64,000 nt of DNA from Candidatus Sulfomarinibacteraceae bacterium. Lineage in GTDB: Bacteria > Acidobacteriota > Thermoanaerobaculia > Thermoanaerobaculales > Sulfomarinibacteraceae. The notes below the pieces were generated by a model. That model had not been told where the DNA came from and searched no databases. It was given only the letters and a program-made list of their open reading frames with translations. A program made the position numbers and the translations under genes. Positions 9,199 through 20,693 of the stretch are shown one piece after another (the first letter of the stretch is position 1; every line of letters begins with the position of its first letter). The stretch lies in assembly GCA_963733915.1 (NCBI GenBank), contig CAVTEP010000011.1, positions 553,161 to 617,160 of the forward strand, read 5' to 3'.

Positions 9199-10653
9199 TC
9201 AGGCCTTGATGCCGCGCAAGGATTCCATCGCCCGCCGCAAACGTCGCCGGCAGCGCGCCTTGCCGAGGACCTCCATAGTCTCAAACAGCGGCGGAGTCGC
9301 GGTGCGGCCGGTGACGGCAACCCGGATCGGCATGAAGAGCTCCTTGGGCGTCCATTCCTGCGCGTCGCAGAAGGCCCGTGTCGCCGCCTCGATTGTGGCG
9401 GCGTTCCAATCGAGGATTTCATCGAGATGCTCTTCAAGCAGGATCCGGAATGCCTTCGCCGTCTGTGCCGGCGTGCGGTCCTTGGCGACCAGTTTGGGCA
9501 GCGCGGAATCCTCGTACCGCACATCGCCGACAAAGAAGAAATCGGCGTAGGCGACGAAGTCGGCGAGGTTCTCGATGCGCTCCTGGACCAGCGGCAGAAT
9601 TGCCAGCAAATAGTCGTCGGAGAGGACGTTGCCGCGTAGCCGCTCGAGCAGCTCTTCGGCCCCGAGGTCCCGAATGTACTTCCCGTTGAGCCAATCGAGT
9701 TTTTCGAGATCGAAGACTGGACCACCAAGACTGATGTCTTCGAGGCGGAACGCGGCAACGAACTCCGCGAGTGAGAACTGGTCACGCTCGTCGGGCATCG
9801 TCCAGCCCATCAGCGCGAGGTAGTTGAGCAGGGCCTCGGGGAGGATCCCGGCCTGTCGGTAATGGTCGAGGCTGACCGGGTTCTTGCGTTTCGAAATTTT
9901 GGAGGTGTCGGAGTTGCGCAACAGGGGGAGATGGCAGAAAACCGGCAGCTCCCAGCCAAAAGCCCGGTAGAGCTGGACGTGCTTGGGCAGCGAGGAGATC
10001 CACTCCTCGGCGCGGACCACGTGAGTGATCTCCATGAGGTGATCGTCAACGACGTTGGCGAGGTGGTAGGTCGGATGACCGTCCGACTTGAGGAGCACCT
10101 GGTCATCAACCTGAGCGTTGGCGATTGCGATGTCGCCGCGCAGGAGGTCGTGGGCGATCGTCTCGCCGGTTTCCGGCATGGCGAGGCGGATCACGTGCTC
10201 CTCGCCGCTCGCACGACGCCGCCTCGCCTCCTCGGAGTCGATCGACCGGCACAGCCGGTCGTAGCCCAGCCGCCCCTTGGCCGCCTTCTGCTCGGCGCGC
10301 AGCGTCTCCAGACGCTCCCGGGTGCAGAAGCATGGGTAGGCCGCGCCCCTGGCCACCAACACCTCGATCTGCTCGCGATAGATGGAGGTGCGTTCGCTTT
10401 GCCGGTACGGCGCGAACGCACCACCCACGTCAGGGCCCTCGTTCCACTCGAGACCCAACCACGACAGCGCGTCGAGAATCTGCTGTTCGCTGGCCGCTGT
10501 ACTGCGGCCGCGATCGGTGTCCTCGATGCGGAGCACAAAGCTGCCTTCGCTCTGCCGAGCCAGCGCATAGTTGAAAAGGGCCACGTACGCGGTGCCGACG
10601 TGAGGGTCACCGGTCGGGCTGGGGGCAATGCGGGTCCTGACCAAAGCTTTCAC
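9199..10653 (-). CDS. gltX: glutamate--tRNA ligase
   Basis: 484 aa. APSPTGDPHVGTAY and KISKRK class I motifs, GluRS architecture. Confidence 0.95.
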   Translation of the reverse strand: MKALVRTRIAPSPTGDPHVGTAYVALFNYALARQSEGSFVLRIEDTDRGRSTAASEQQILDALSWLGLEWNEGPDVGGAFAPYRQSERTSIYREQIEVLVARGAAYPCFCTRERLETLRAEQKAAKGRLGYDRLCRSIDSEEARRRRASGEEHVIRLAMPETGETIAHDLLRGDIAIANAQVDDQVLLKSDGHPTYHLANVVDDHLMEITHVVRAEEWISSLPKHVQLYRAFGWELPVFCHLPLLRNSDTSKISKRKNPVSLDHYRQAGILPEALLNYLALMGWTMPDERDQFSLAEFVAAFRLEDISLGGPVFDLEKLDWLNGKYIRDLGAEELLERLRGNVLSDDYLLAILPLVQERIENLADFVAYADFFFVGDVRYEDSALPKLVAKDRTPAQTAKAFRILLEEHLDEILDWNAATIEAATRAFCDAQEWTPKELFMPIRVAVTGRTATPPLFETMEVLGKARCRRRLRRAMESLRGIKA

Positions 10654-10758
10654 CTCTCACCACCTCGCTACGGCGACCTATGACACGGTGAGAAGAGCGA
10701 GCTCGGGGTCATGGCTGGTCTCCGATGGCGATATCGACGATGCGGGTTGTAAAACGAA

Positions 10759-10851
<93 letters not shown>

Positions 10852-10865
10852 GCACCGGGGGGGGT

Positions 10866-10894
10866 ATTGTACGTGGCGGGCGGGTGACTGTAAA
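10866..10894 (-). promoter_or_regulatory. candidate sigma70 promoter for tRNA-Ser(GCU)
   Basis: On the minus strand: TTTACA (10889-10894), 17-bp spacer, TACAAT (10866-10871), about 14 nt upstream of the tRNA 5' end. Confidence 0.55.
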
Positions 10895-10922
10895 GATCGC
10901 GGCCGGACGGAGGTCTCTTCCC

Positions 10923-10963
10923 CTCCGTCTCCGTCTCCGTCTCCGTCTCCGTCTCCGTCTCCG
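10923..10963. repeat. hexanucleotide microsatellite (CTCCGT)x6.8
   Basis: Read directly: six perfect units at 10923-10958 plus a partial unit. Flanked by complementary GACGGAGG (10906-10913) and GGAGACGAAGACGG (10989-11002). Lies between the divergent tRNA-Ser genes. Confidence 0.95.
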
Positions 10964-11049
10964 AATGAATGACACCACCCTCGGGCACGGAGACGAAGAC
11001 GGGCACGGGTTCCGACAACATGCAGTTTCGGTATAGAGTAGAGAACCCG

Positions 11050-11137
11050 GGAGGGATGGCCGAGTGGTCGAAGGCGCCGGTCTTGAAAACCGGTGAGGTT
11101 CACGCCTCCGTGGGTTCGAATCCCACTCCCTCCGCCA
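11050..11137 (+). tRNA. tRNA-Ser (anticodon UGA)
   Basis: GGAGGGA acceptor, anticodon stem CCGGT/ACCGG with loop CTTGAAA, long variable arm, GGGTTCGAATCCC T-arm, encoded CCA. Confidence 0.9.
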
Positions 11138-11180
11138 GCAATTCCGTCCACCGCCGGCAACCGGCGATGGACGGAATTGC
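11138..11180. terminator. long hairpin / bidirectional terminator (tRNA-Ser / lptD)
   Basis: GCAATTCCGTCCACCGCCGG-CAA-CCGGCGATGGACGGAATTGC, a near-perfect ~20-bp stem directly after the tRNA CCA and 2 nt before the lptD stop. Confidence 0.6.
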
Positions 11181-11182
11181 AG

Positions 11183-13312
11183 TCAGTAACCCCCCAGGTT
11201 TCCCCTGATCTCGGGCAACGCGCCCACTCCCTTGAGACCAATCACGAGCAGGAACTCGCGGGTCGGGAAGGCGCCGATTCTGGTGTCACGGTACTGGGCC
11301 GAAATGTTCCAGCAGCTGCCCTGATAGCCGAGCAGGTAGCGCTGGTCTCCAAAGGTGTTATTGACGATGTCGTAGGCGATCTGGACCGAGGCGTCGAGAG
11401 GAAAGCCCGCCTTGCGGAAACTCACGAGGCTCCGCAGCTGTGACGAAAACCGATCGCCGGTGCGCGGATTGTAGCTCTGATACCAGGTGAGATTGAGCAT
11501 GCCCATCGGCCGTTGCAGCGAGGCCGCGAGCGAGGTTGAGAGCAGGTTCTTGAACAGCAAGTCGTAGGAGAGCCGCGCGTCGAGGCCGGTGCCCTGGATC
11601 GGTGTCAGTCGCAGCGCGGCCCCCAACGGCCCCAATTGGCTGGTTTGACCACCTTCGCCTGTGTTGAGCGGGAGGTCGAAGGAGTAGGTCTGGATGAGCT
11701 CCAGGGAACCGATTTCGCGGGTGCCGACGCGTTCGTCGCCGCGACCCAAGAGGCGGTTCGCGAGCACGAACGACATCAGACTGGCGTCTCTGGGTGTGGA
11801 GTCGACCTCGTCGAAGATGGGGATCCGGGCGACGTCGGTGGTGGTTGTCAGATAGCGATACTCGATGCGCGGCTCGATGAGGTGCTTGACCTTTTCAAAC
11901 GGGCCGAAACCGCCTTCGAATACTCGCGACAGGCTCGGACCGACGAGATCGACCGCGCCGGTCGCATAGATGCGGTCGATGGCTTCGCCCGCGAAGGCCC
12001 GGCGATTCTCGGTGAGCTGGTCGGTGTAGTAGGTGAATCGACCTCCGACCCGGGGTGTCACCGACAGCCATGGCGGTCCCGGCAGGGTGTATGAGAACTG
12101 GGGGAAAATGTCGGCGCGTCCGTACTGCCCAACCAGGTCGCCACCTCGGTCGACGGCAAAGTAGTTGAGCGACGAGATCAGGTTGAGGTAGATGGGTGAG
12201 CCTGCAACCGCCGTCGACCCCGAACGAAGCTCGATCTCGGGGATCTGGCTGAGGACGACATCGGCAGAACTCAGAAAGGTCTGGCGGTGATCGGCGCGGA
12301 GGTTCAAGGCATAGGGTCCGAAAGACCGGGTCATATAGACAAAGGTGTAGAGGTCGCGGCGAGTGTTGGCGTCGAAGGTGCGGTCGAAATCCTGCCAGAA
12401 ATCGATGTCTGAGAGGTTCTCGACCTGAGCCAGGAGATTGAAGCCGAGGAAATCATCCTGGCGGTGGTTTCCAAAGACCTTCCACTCCGCCTGGTCGTTC
12501 TGTCGGTCCCAGATCGCGTAGAAGTTGATCTCCCCGCGGGCGCCGTCCACGGGCGCCCACCTCCAGATGTTGCCGAGGCCGTAGTAGCCCTTCTCGTAGT
12601 AATCGGCGAAAATCGTGGTGTCGTAGCTGCGACCGATGGGCACGAACATCGGTAGCCCGATGTTGAACCCCCGCTGGTTGGAGTAGCCGAGTCGGGGCAT
12701 GAGAAGACCCGCCGCCCGCTCCTGTTTCACCGGCCACACCATGTATGGGAGGTAAAAGACCGGCACTCCCTGGACCTTCATGGCCGCGCTCGTGAAACGT
12801 CCGAGACCTTCCTCCTCGACCAGCGCTTTGCGAACATGAAAGCTCCACGGCGGCCGCCGGTCGGTGTCGCAGGTGGTAAATGTCGCGTGGTCGATTCGGT
12901 AATGCGTGTCGTCGAGCTTTTCGATCTCGTCCCCGGTGAACGTGTACATGGGATCGACAAAGGCGGTGGCGTGGTAAAACACCCCGGTTTTGGTCTCGAG
13001 GTTGAACCGGGCCTCGGCGGCGGTGAACCGACTCGGACCACGGTCGATAACGACGTTTCCCTGTGCGAGGACATCGCCCGTGACGCTGTTGTAGTCCGCC
13101 TGATCGCAGACGATGTCAATGTCCTGGTACACGATGTGGACGCCGCCTTCGCCCCGCCAGCCCTCCGCGGTAGCGGTCTGCACCTCGGCGAAGAGAAGCA
13201 CCCGCTCCTTTTCGTCGGCGGCCACGGCCGTGCCCGCCACGAAGAGAATGACCGACACCAGCAGCGACAGCCGCCGCGCTATGGTCGGCCGGACGGTGTC
13301 GCGATGGATCAT
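11183..13312 (-). CDS. lptD: LPS-assembly outer-membrane protein LptD (OstA family)
   Basis: 709 aa. Signal peptide, OstA-like N-terminal domain, large beta-barrel with aromatic-rich alternating pattern, terminal aromatic residue (GNLGGY). Confidence 0.88.
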   Translation of the reverse strand: MIHRDTVRPTIARRLSLLVSVILFVAGTAVAADEKERVLLFAEVQTATAEGWRGEGGVHIVYQDIDIVCDQADYNSVTGDVLAQGNVVIDRGPSRFTAAEARFNLETKTGVFYHATAFVDPMYTFTGDEIEKLDDTHYRIDHATFTTCDTDRRPPWSFHVRKALVEEEGLGRFTSAAMKVQGVPVFYLPYMVWPVKQERAAGLLMPRLGYSNQRGFNIGLPMFVPIGRSYDTTIFADYYEKGYYGLGNIWRWAPVDGARGEINFYAIWDRQNDQAEWKVFGNHRQDDFLGFNLLAQVENLSDIDFWQDFDRTFDANTRRDLYTFVYMTRSFGPYALNLRADHRQTFLSSADVVLSQIPEIELRSGSTAVAGSPIYLNLISSLNYFAVDRGGDLVGQYGRADIFPQFSYTLPGPPWLSVTPRVGGRFTYYTDQLTENRRAFAGEAIDRIYATGAVDLVGPSLSRVFEGGFGPFEKVKHLIEPRIEYRYLTTTTDVARIPIFDEVDSTPRDASLMSFVLANRLLGRGDERVGTREIGSLELIQTYSFDLPLNTGEGGQTSQLGPLGAALRLTPIQGTGLDARLSYDLLFKNLLSTSLAASLQRPMGMLNLTWYQSYNPRTGDRFSSQLRSLVSFRKAGFPLDASVQIAYDIVNNTFGDQRYLLGYQGSCWNISAQYRDTRIGAFPTREFLLVIGLKGVGALPEIRGNLGGY

Positions 13313-13364
13313 GGACCTCCTGCCGGCTGTGCGGTTCCCCGAATATTGTAGCCCGTCAATCGAC

Positions 13365-13544
13365 TAGCCCGCAATCTCACCACGTCGCGTCGCGAGGCCC
13401 GTGAGATGTTGTGAGATGTGGTGTTTCGACCTGAGGGCCGCGGAGTCGTACTCGACAGTACGTCGAGCAGCCCGATGGGAGTAAACGCCGCAGATTGCTG
13501 CATATCGCGGGCCGCAGTAGCGAGGTGGTGAGATATGCGGCAGC
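13365..13544. repeat. ~180-bp intergenic repeat element, copy B (imperfect terminal inverted repeats)
   Basis: Ends are TAGCCCGCAATCTCACCAC ... GTGGTGAGATATGCGGCAG. Internal blocks AGTCGTA-N8-TACGTCGAGCAGCCCGAT and CCGCAGTAG are shared with the element at 33855-34037. Confidence 0.7.
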
Positions 13545-13557
13545 GCCGCCGGTCTCG

Positions 13558-14010
13558 ATGACCACCGCGGATCATGCGTACAATGGTGGCGTGCTGTATC
13601 TGGGAGTTGATCCTGGCGGAAGACGAATGGGCCTGGCGGTCGGCGACGACCTTCGGGGCGTCGCCTCGCCCTTGAAGATCGTTCCATACGACGGAGTCGA
13701 GCGGGCGGTTGATCGAATCATCAAAGAAGCCTCCGACATCGGCGCCACCCGCATTGTTCTCGGGCTTCCGTCCCTCGCGGACGGCTCGATAGGCGCCTCG
13801 GCGCGACGCAGCCAGCGACTCGCTGAGGCGCTTGGGGCCCGCGGGGCATCGGTCGTTTTCCAGGGCGAGTATCTGACCACCAACGAGGCCCGGCGTCGCG
13901 CGCGCACCGCAGGACGAGATCCCCGCCGCCCGGTAGACGACATCGCGGCCCAGGTCCTGCTCGAGGAGTATCTCTGCTCGCGAGCTCCGGCGCCGCCGAT
14001 AAAGCCGTGA
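13558..14010 (+). CDS. ruvX: Holliday junction resolvase-like protein RuvX (YqgF)
   Basis: LYLGVDPGGRRMGLAV...IVLGLP...DERLTT-like YqgF pattern. Start is ambiguous (ATG 13558 or GTG 13591); the track start at 13495 falls inside the repeat element. Confidence 0.85.
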   Translation: MTTADHAYNGGVLYLGVDPGGRRMGLAVGDDLRGVASPLKIVPYDGVERAVDRIIKEASDIGATRIVLGLPSLADGSIGASARRSQRLAEALGARGASVVFQGEYLTTNEARRRARTAGRDPRRPVDDIAAQVLLEEYLCSRAPAPPIKP

Positions 14011-14020
14011 TCGAGCCGCA

Positions 14021-15022
14021 ATGAAGCGCCGTCTCACGCTTGTCGTGATCGCACTCGGCGTGGTCGCCACGGCATCGGTAACGGCGTGGTGGTATCACAT
14101 GCTGTGCGGGGTCCGCTCCGCGTCCGAGGTCGAGCTCGACATTGCAACCGGGTCTACGGCGCGAACGATTTTCGACGATCTCGCTCGGGTCTCGCTTCTT
14201 CCATCACCCATGGCTGGACGGTTGTACCTGCGGGTTCGGGCGTCGGGCAGAACGCTCCACTGGGGGCATTATGTCGTTCCGGCCGGCAGTCGGCCGGTGG
14301 ACGTCCTCGAGATGCTCCTCGACGGCAGGGTCGAGATGTTCGAGGTCACGGTCGTCGAGGGCGCCGATGCGGTGACGATTGGCGATCAGTTCATCTCCCT
14401 CCGGGTCGGAACCGAGGCCGACTGGAGCGCCATCATCGATCACACGGCATGGATTGCCGACATCGCCCCCGATGCGCCGTCGCTGGAGGGCTTTCTCTTC
14501 CCGGACACCTACCGATTCGCGGTCGGAGTCTCCGCAGACGCGGCGGCCAGGTACCTGGTCGACCGATTCGCGGCGGTTTGGAGAGAGGAGGTCGAAGCCG
14601 TTGCAACGTTGTGGGGGACGCCGCTCGAGATCGTCACCCTTGCATCACTGGTCGAGGCTGAAACGTCGCTCGATTCCGAACGCGGCCTGATTGCCGGCGT
14701 CTTTCTCAATCGTCTGCGCCGGGGAATGCTCCTCCAATGCGACCCGACCGTAATCTACGCTCTCAAACGGAATAATGCCTGGCAAGGACGCCTGCTGCGC
14801 ATCCACTGGGAAACCGACGACCCATACAACACCTACCGTTATCCAGGGCTGCCACCCGGCCCGATCAACTCGCCGGGTCGCGCCGCCCTGAGCTCGGCCA
14901 TCTCGCCGGACACGACAGGGTTTCTCTACTTCGTCGCCCATCCCGGCGGCGGTCACACGTTCTCTAGCACCCTAACCGAACACAATCGTGCGGTAGCCCA
15001 CCTGCTGAGTTCGCGGCGTTGA
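14021..15022 (+). CDS. mltG: endolytic murein transglycosylase MltG (YceG family)
   Basis: N-terminal TM helix. LASLVEAET...AGVFLNRL...LQCDPTVIYA...YNTYRYPGLPPGPINSPG motifs. Confidence 0.9.
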   Translation: MKRRLTLVVIALGVVATASVTAWWYHMLCGVRSASEVELDIATGSTARTIFDDLARVSLLPSPMAGRLYLRVRASGRTLHWGHYVVPAGSRPVDVLEMLLDGRVEMFEVTVVEGADAVTIGDQFISLRVGTEADWSAIIDHTAWIADIAPDAPSLEGFLFPDTYRFAVGVSADAAARYLVDRFAAVWREEVEAVATLWGTPLEIVTLASLVEAETSLDSERGLIAGVFLNRLRRGMLLQCDPTVIYALKRNNAWQGRLLRIHWETDDPYNTYRYPGLPPGPINSPGRAALSSAISPDTTGFLYFVAHPGGGHTFSSTLTEHNRAVAHLLSSRR

Positions 15023-15065
15023 CCGCTCACGCGGCGCGGTGGTAGCTTCGATCGGGAGGACATTC

Positions 15066-17030
15066 ATGGCCGAGGCCTACCGAACATTCGCTTCCTACCT
15101 CCGCTTCAAGGAGGTGCTCTCCGATCCCCTGGGCCATCTCTTCCGTGCCGGGGAGTTTGACAGCCGCGGCGTTCGCCGCATCGTGTGGCTGAGGGTCTTC
15201 GACGGTGCACATGTTCCGACCGCCGAGGTCGCCGCAGCATTCGACCGCGCGCGAAAGGTCGCCGCCGGGGTCCAGTCGCCCAACGTCGCATCCGGTGTCG
15301 ACCATGCCATTGACGGCTCGACCCCCGCCATCGCTTTCGACTATGTGCCGTCGCAACCCCTGAGCCTGGTCTTTGCACGAGTGGCCGCCGAGCAGTTTCC
15401 GATCCCGGTCGACAATGCCCTCCTGATTGTCGAGAAGATCGCCCTCGCCCTCTCCATGACACTGACGGTCGAGGTGGACGGCGAGCGGGTCGTACACGGC
15501 TTTCTGCATCCCGGCCTGATCTTCGTGACCAACGACGGAGAGGGCGTCGTAACCGCCTTCGGCCTCGCTGAGCAACTGCTCGCGCTGGCGGATGACCACG
15601 GCGCGGCCACTCTCATCCATCCCTATCTCGCCCCCGAGGTCCTCGTGTCCCGAACCCCGAGTCGTCGCGGCGATGTCTACTCGTTGGGCGCGATACTTTT
15701 TCAGCTGCTGACGGGCTCGAGGCTGCCCGAAGCACCCGAGGCTCGCCAGGCGGCGCTCGATACTGCGCGCATGGCGTATGACGACGAGCCTCTCCCCGCC
15801 GACATCAAGGCACTTCTCCAGCGCTCCCTTGCCACCCGCGCCAACGACCGCTTCAGTTCGGCTGCAGATTTCAAAAAGGAGCTCGACCGGCTGCTCTACG
15901 GCGGCGCCTACAGTCCCACAACCTTCAATCTCGCCCTCTTCATGGACAGGCTCTTTCGCGCCGAGATCGAAACTGAGGAAAAAGAAAGAGCCCGCGAGCT
16001 CGAGCTTGATGTCAGCCCGTACCTGGCTCCGGTCGTCGAGCCGGAACCGGTGATCACACCCGAGCCCGAAACGCGGTCCGCCGCTCGTGTCGGCACCGGC
16101 GTCTGGGTGGGCGTCGCAGCGGCCGGGGCGGCCGTCGCGGCCGCCGTGCTGTGGCTGACCGTCTTGCGAGAGCCATCGGCTCCTCCGATCCCTCCGACCC
16201 CAACTGCCGAGGAGATCGCCGCCCAACGACAGGAGCAGGATGAGAAGATGCGTGAGTTGGCCCAAGGCCTGGTGGCCGAAATGATGGCCGAAAAGGAAGC
16301 GCAGATCCGCACCGAGCTGCTCGATCGGCAAGCAAAGATCGATGAGCTCCAGCGCCGCCTCGCCGACAGCGAGCGCAGGGCGCAACAGGGTCAATTGAGC
16401 CGGGAAGAGCAACAGCGACGTGAAGACCTGCAACGCCAGATCGCAGCCGAGGAGGAGGAACAGCGTCAGCGCGAGGTGGAGCTCGAGAAGGAACGACAAC
16501 GTGCCGCCGACGAGGCCCGACAAAACGCCATTGCACAACAAACGGCGACCGCAGTTGCGGAGACGGCCGATGCGGCGGCGGTGCCCGAGACGATACAGGC
16601 CGTGGTGACACCGACACCGCCACCGCCGACAATGCCACCGGCCGCATCTTCGACCGCGCCGCCGACCCGCGTCCCGATACCCGAGCCGACAACAGCCGCC
16701 GCGCAGAAGCCTGGCGGCGCGCAGAATTCGGTTGTCGATCCCTCAGAGATCGATACGCTGCCGGTCCTTATCAAGGACGCCGAAGTGGAGTGGTCGCGCG
16801 CCGCGCTGTATTCGCGCCGGCAAGGGATTGTGATCGTCCAGGCAACAGTCGGCGCCGATGGTCTCGTTGAGAGCGTTGAGGTGCTGCGCGCGGATGATGC
16901 CGATTTCGGCATTCCAGAGGCGGTGATGGCGGCGGTGAGAAAGTACCGCTTCAAACCGGCGACCAAGGACGGAGTGCGTGTCAAAACTTACGCCACGGTG
17001 ACCACGCCGTATCGGTTTGCCACTCGCTAA
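15066..17030 (+). CDS. degenerate Ser/Thr-kinase-like domain / TM / coiled-coil / Pro-rich / TonB C-terminal domain fusion protein
   Basis: ATG at 15066 lies 6 nt after GGGAGGA. The N-terminus retains the kinase C-lobe (PYLAPEV...GDVYSLGAILFQLLTG) but has HGFLHPGLI in place of HRDLKPxN, AFG in place of DFG, and no visible Gly-loop. One TM helix (VWVGVAAAGAAVAAAVLWLTVL). The last ~90 aa carry a TonB_C pattern (VQATVGADGLVESVEVL...AVRKYRFKPATKDG). Confidence 0.75.
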   Translation: MAEAYRTFASYLRFKEVLSDPLGHLFRAGEFDSRGVRRIVWLRVFDGAHVPTAEVAAAFDRARKVAAGVQSPNVASGVDHAIDGSTPAIAFDYVPSQPLSLVFARVAAEQFPIPVDNALLIVEKIALALSMTLTVEVDGERVVHGFLHPGLIFVTNDGEGVVTAFGLAEQLLALADDHGAATLIHPYLAPEVLVSRTPSRRGDVYSLGAILFQLLTGSRLPEAPEARQAALDTARMAYDDEPLPADIKALLQRSLATRANDRFSSAADFKKELDRLLYGGAYSPTTFNLALFMDRLFRAEIETEEKERARELELDVSPYLAPVVEPEPVITPEPETRSAARVGTGVWVGVAAAGAAVAAAVLWLTVLREPSAPPIPPTPTAEEIAAQRQEQDEKMRELAQGLVAEMMAEKEAQIRTELLDRQAKIDELQRRLADSERRAQQGQLSREEQQRREDLQRQIAAEEEEQRQREVELEKERQRAADEARQNAIAQQTATAVAETADAAAVPETIQAVVTPTPPPPTMPPAASSTAPPTRVPIPEPTTAAAQKPGGAQNSVVDPSEIDTLPVLIKDAEVEWSRAALYSRRQGIVIVQATVGADGLVESVEVLRADDADFGIPEAVMAAVRKYRFKPATKDGVRVKTYATVTTPYRFATR

Positions 17031-17070
17031 TCCGGATATTTCACTGAGCTTCAGCGTGAGCTCTGCGGTC

Positions 17071-17104
17071 AAAAAAGGGCCGGGCATCCGCCCGGCCCTC
17101 TTCA
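17071..17104. terminator. bidirectional intrinsic terminator (TonB-fusion gene / hup)
   Basis: AAAAAA-GGGCCGGGC-ATCC-GCCCGGCCC-TCTTCAT between convergent genes. Confidence 0.65.
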
Positions 17105-17184
17105 TCGAATCAAGTTCATGGTCCGTGACCACCGGCCCGCATCGGTCTCAAGCATGGGCCGGTGTGCTTTCGAGACGGCCGCTG

Positions 17185-17478
17185 CTACTTCTCGACGCGC
17201 TCGCGAAGGGTCTTGCCCGGCTTGAAGTGGACATACTTCTTGGCCGCGATAGTGATGGTCGCACCGGTCGCCGGGTTGCGCCCCTGGCGTGCACCGCGGT
17301 GTTTGGTGGCAAAGGTCCCAAACCCCGGGATGGTGACCTTCTCACCCGCATCCAGCGCCGATGCGATGAGGCCAGTGCGCGGATGGGCGGAGAACATCGT
17401 GTCGATGATTTCCGCGGCCTTCCCCTGGCTAACGCCGGTCTTCTTCGCAAGTTTCATAGCCATTTCGGTCTTGTTCAT
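17185..17478 (-). CDS. hup: HU/IHF family nucleoid-associated DNA-binding protein
   Basis: 97 aa. MNKTEM...GFGTF...R.GRNP.TG...I...K.V.FKPGK signature. GGAGG RBS. Confidence 0.9.
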   Translation of the reverse strand: MNKTEMAMKLAKKTGVSQGKAAEIIDTMFSAHPRTGLIASALDAGEKVTIPGFGTFATKHRGARQGRNPATGATITIAAKKYVHFKPGKTLRERVEK

Positions 17479-17733
17479 AGGAACCTCCAGATCTAAGTTG
17501 TATTGACATAGTGGCCGCCTGGCGCTTCGCTGTCAAGGGCAAAACCCCAGAAAACCCTGCAACCACGCTTGTTTTCGTGGAAATCCCGGGAAAAAAGTGA
17601 CCCCGGAGGTGCAAATGGATCTCAAGCTCCGCGGCAACCGCGGACTCGTCACCTGCTCCCGAGTACACGTCAATGATCCACGGCCAACCGCAGATCGTTG
17701 ATGGAGGTACCCGATAGTGTTGTGGGCACGGGT

Positions 17734-20541
<2,808 letters not shown>

Positions 20542-20693
20542 GCTCACCGTCTCCGTCTCCGTCTGCGATCAGAAAAACGTCGTAACCACCCGTGACGTTC
20601 CCGCCGTGGCTGTGGTCAGGGCGGCGGACGCGGGTGCGCTCGCGCGGTCATCAATTTACGCCGCAATTACGCTGTCGTCAAATCGCGCCCTCG

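Noticed and set aside
8131-9639. 502-aa plus-strand ORF spanning glnS and gltX
   Set aside because: It is antisense to two unmistakable aminoacyl-tRNA synthetase genes and crosses their intergenic spacer. Its composition is Arg/Ala/Gly/Val-rich low complexity, typical of stop-poor antisense frames in high-GC DNA.
15027-16541. 504-aa minus-strand ORF
   Set aside because: It is antisense to the kinase-like/TonB fusion gene, which has recognisable motifs and an RBS. No motifs are visible, so it is a high-GC artefact.
20576-20599. Palindrome AACGTC-N12-GACGTT upstream of uvrA as a possible SOS operator
   Set aside because: The arms are only 6 bp, so a chance occurrence is plausible. The motif is absent from the lexA promoter, so there is no support for a shared operator.
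20548-20693. Searched for tmRNA (ssrA) next to smpB
   Set aside because: The spacer is only 146 bp, with no tRNA-like acceptor/T-arm and no tag reading frame. ssrA must be elsewhere.
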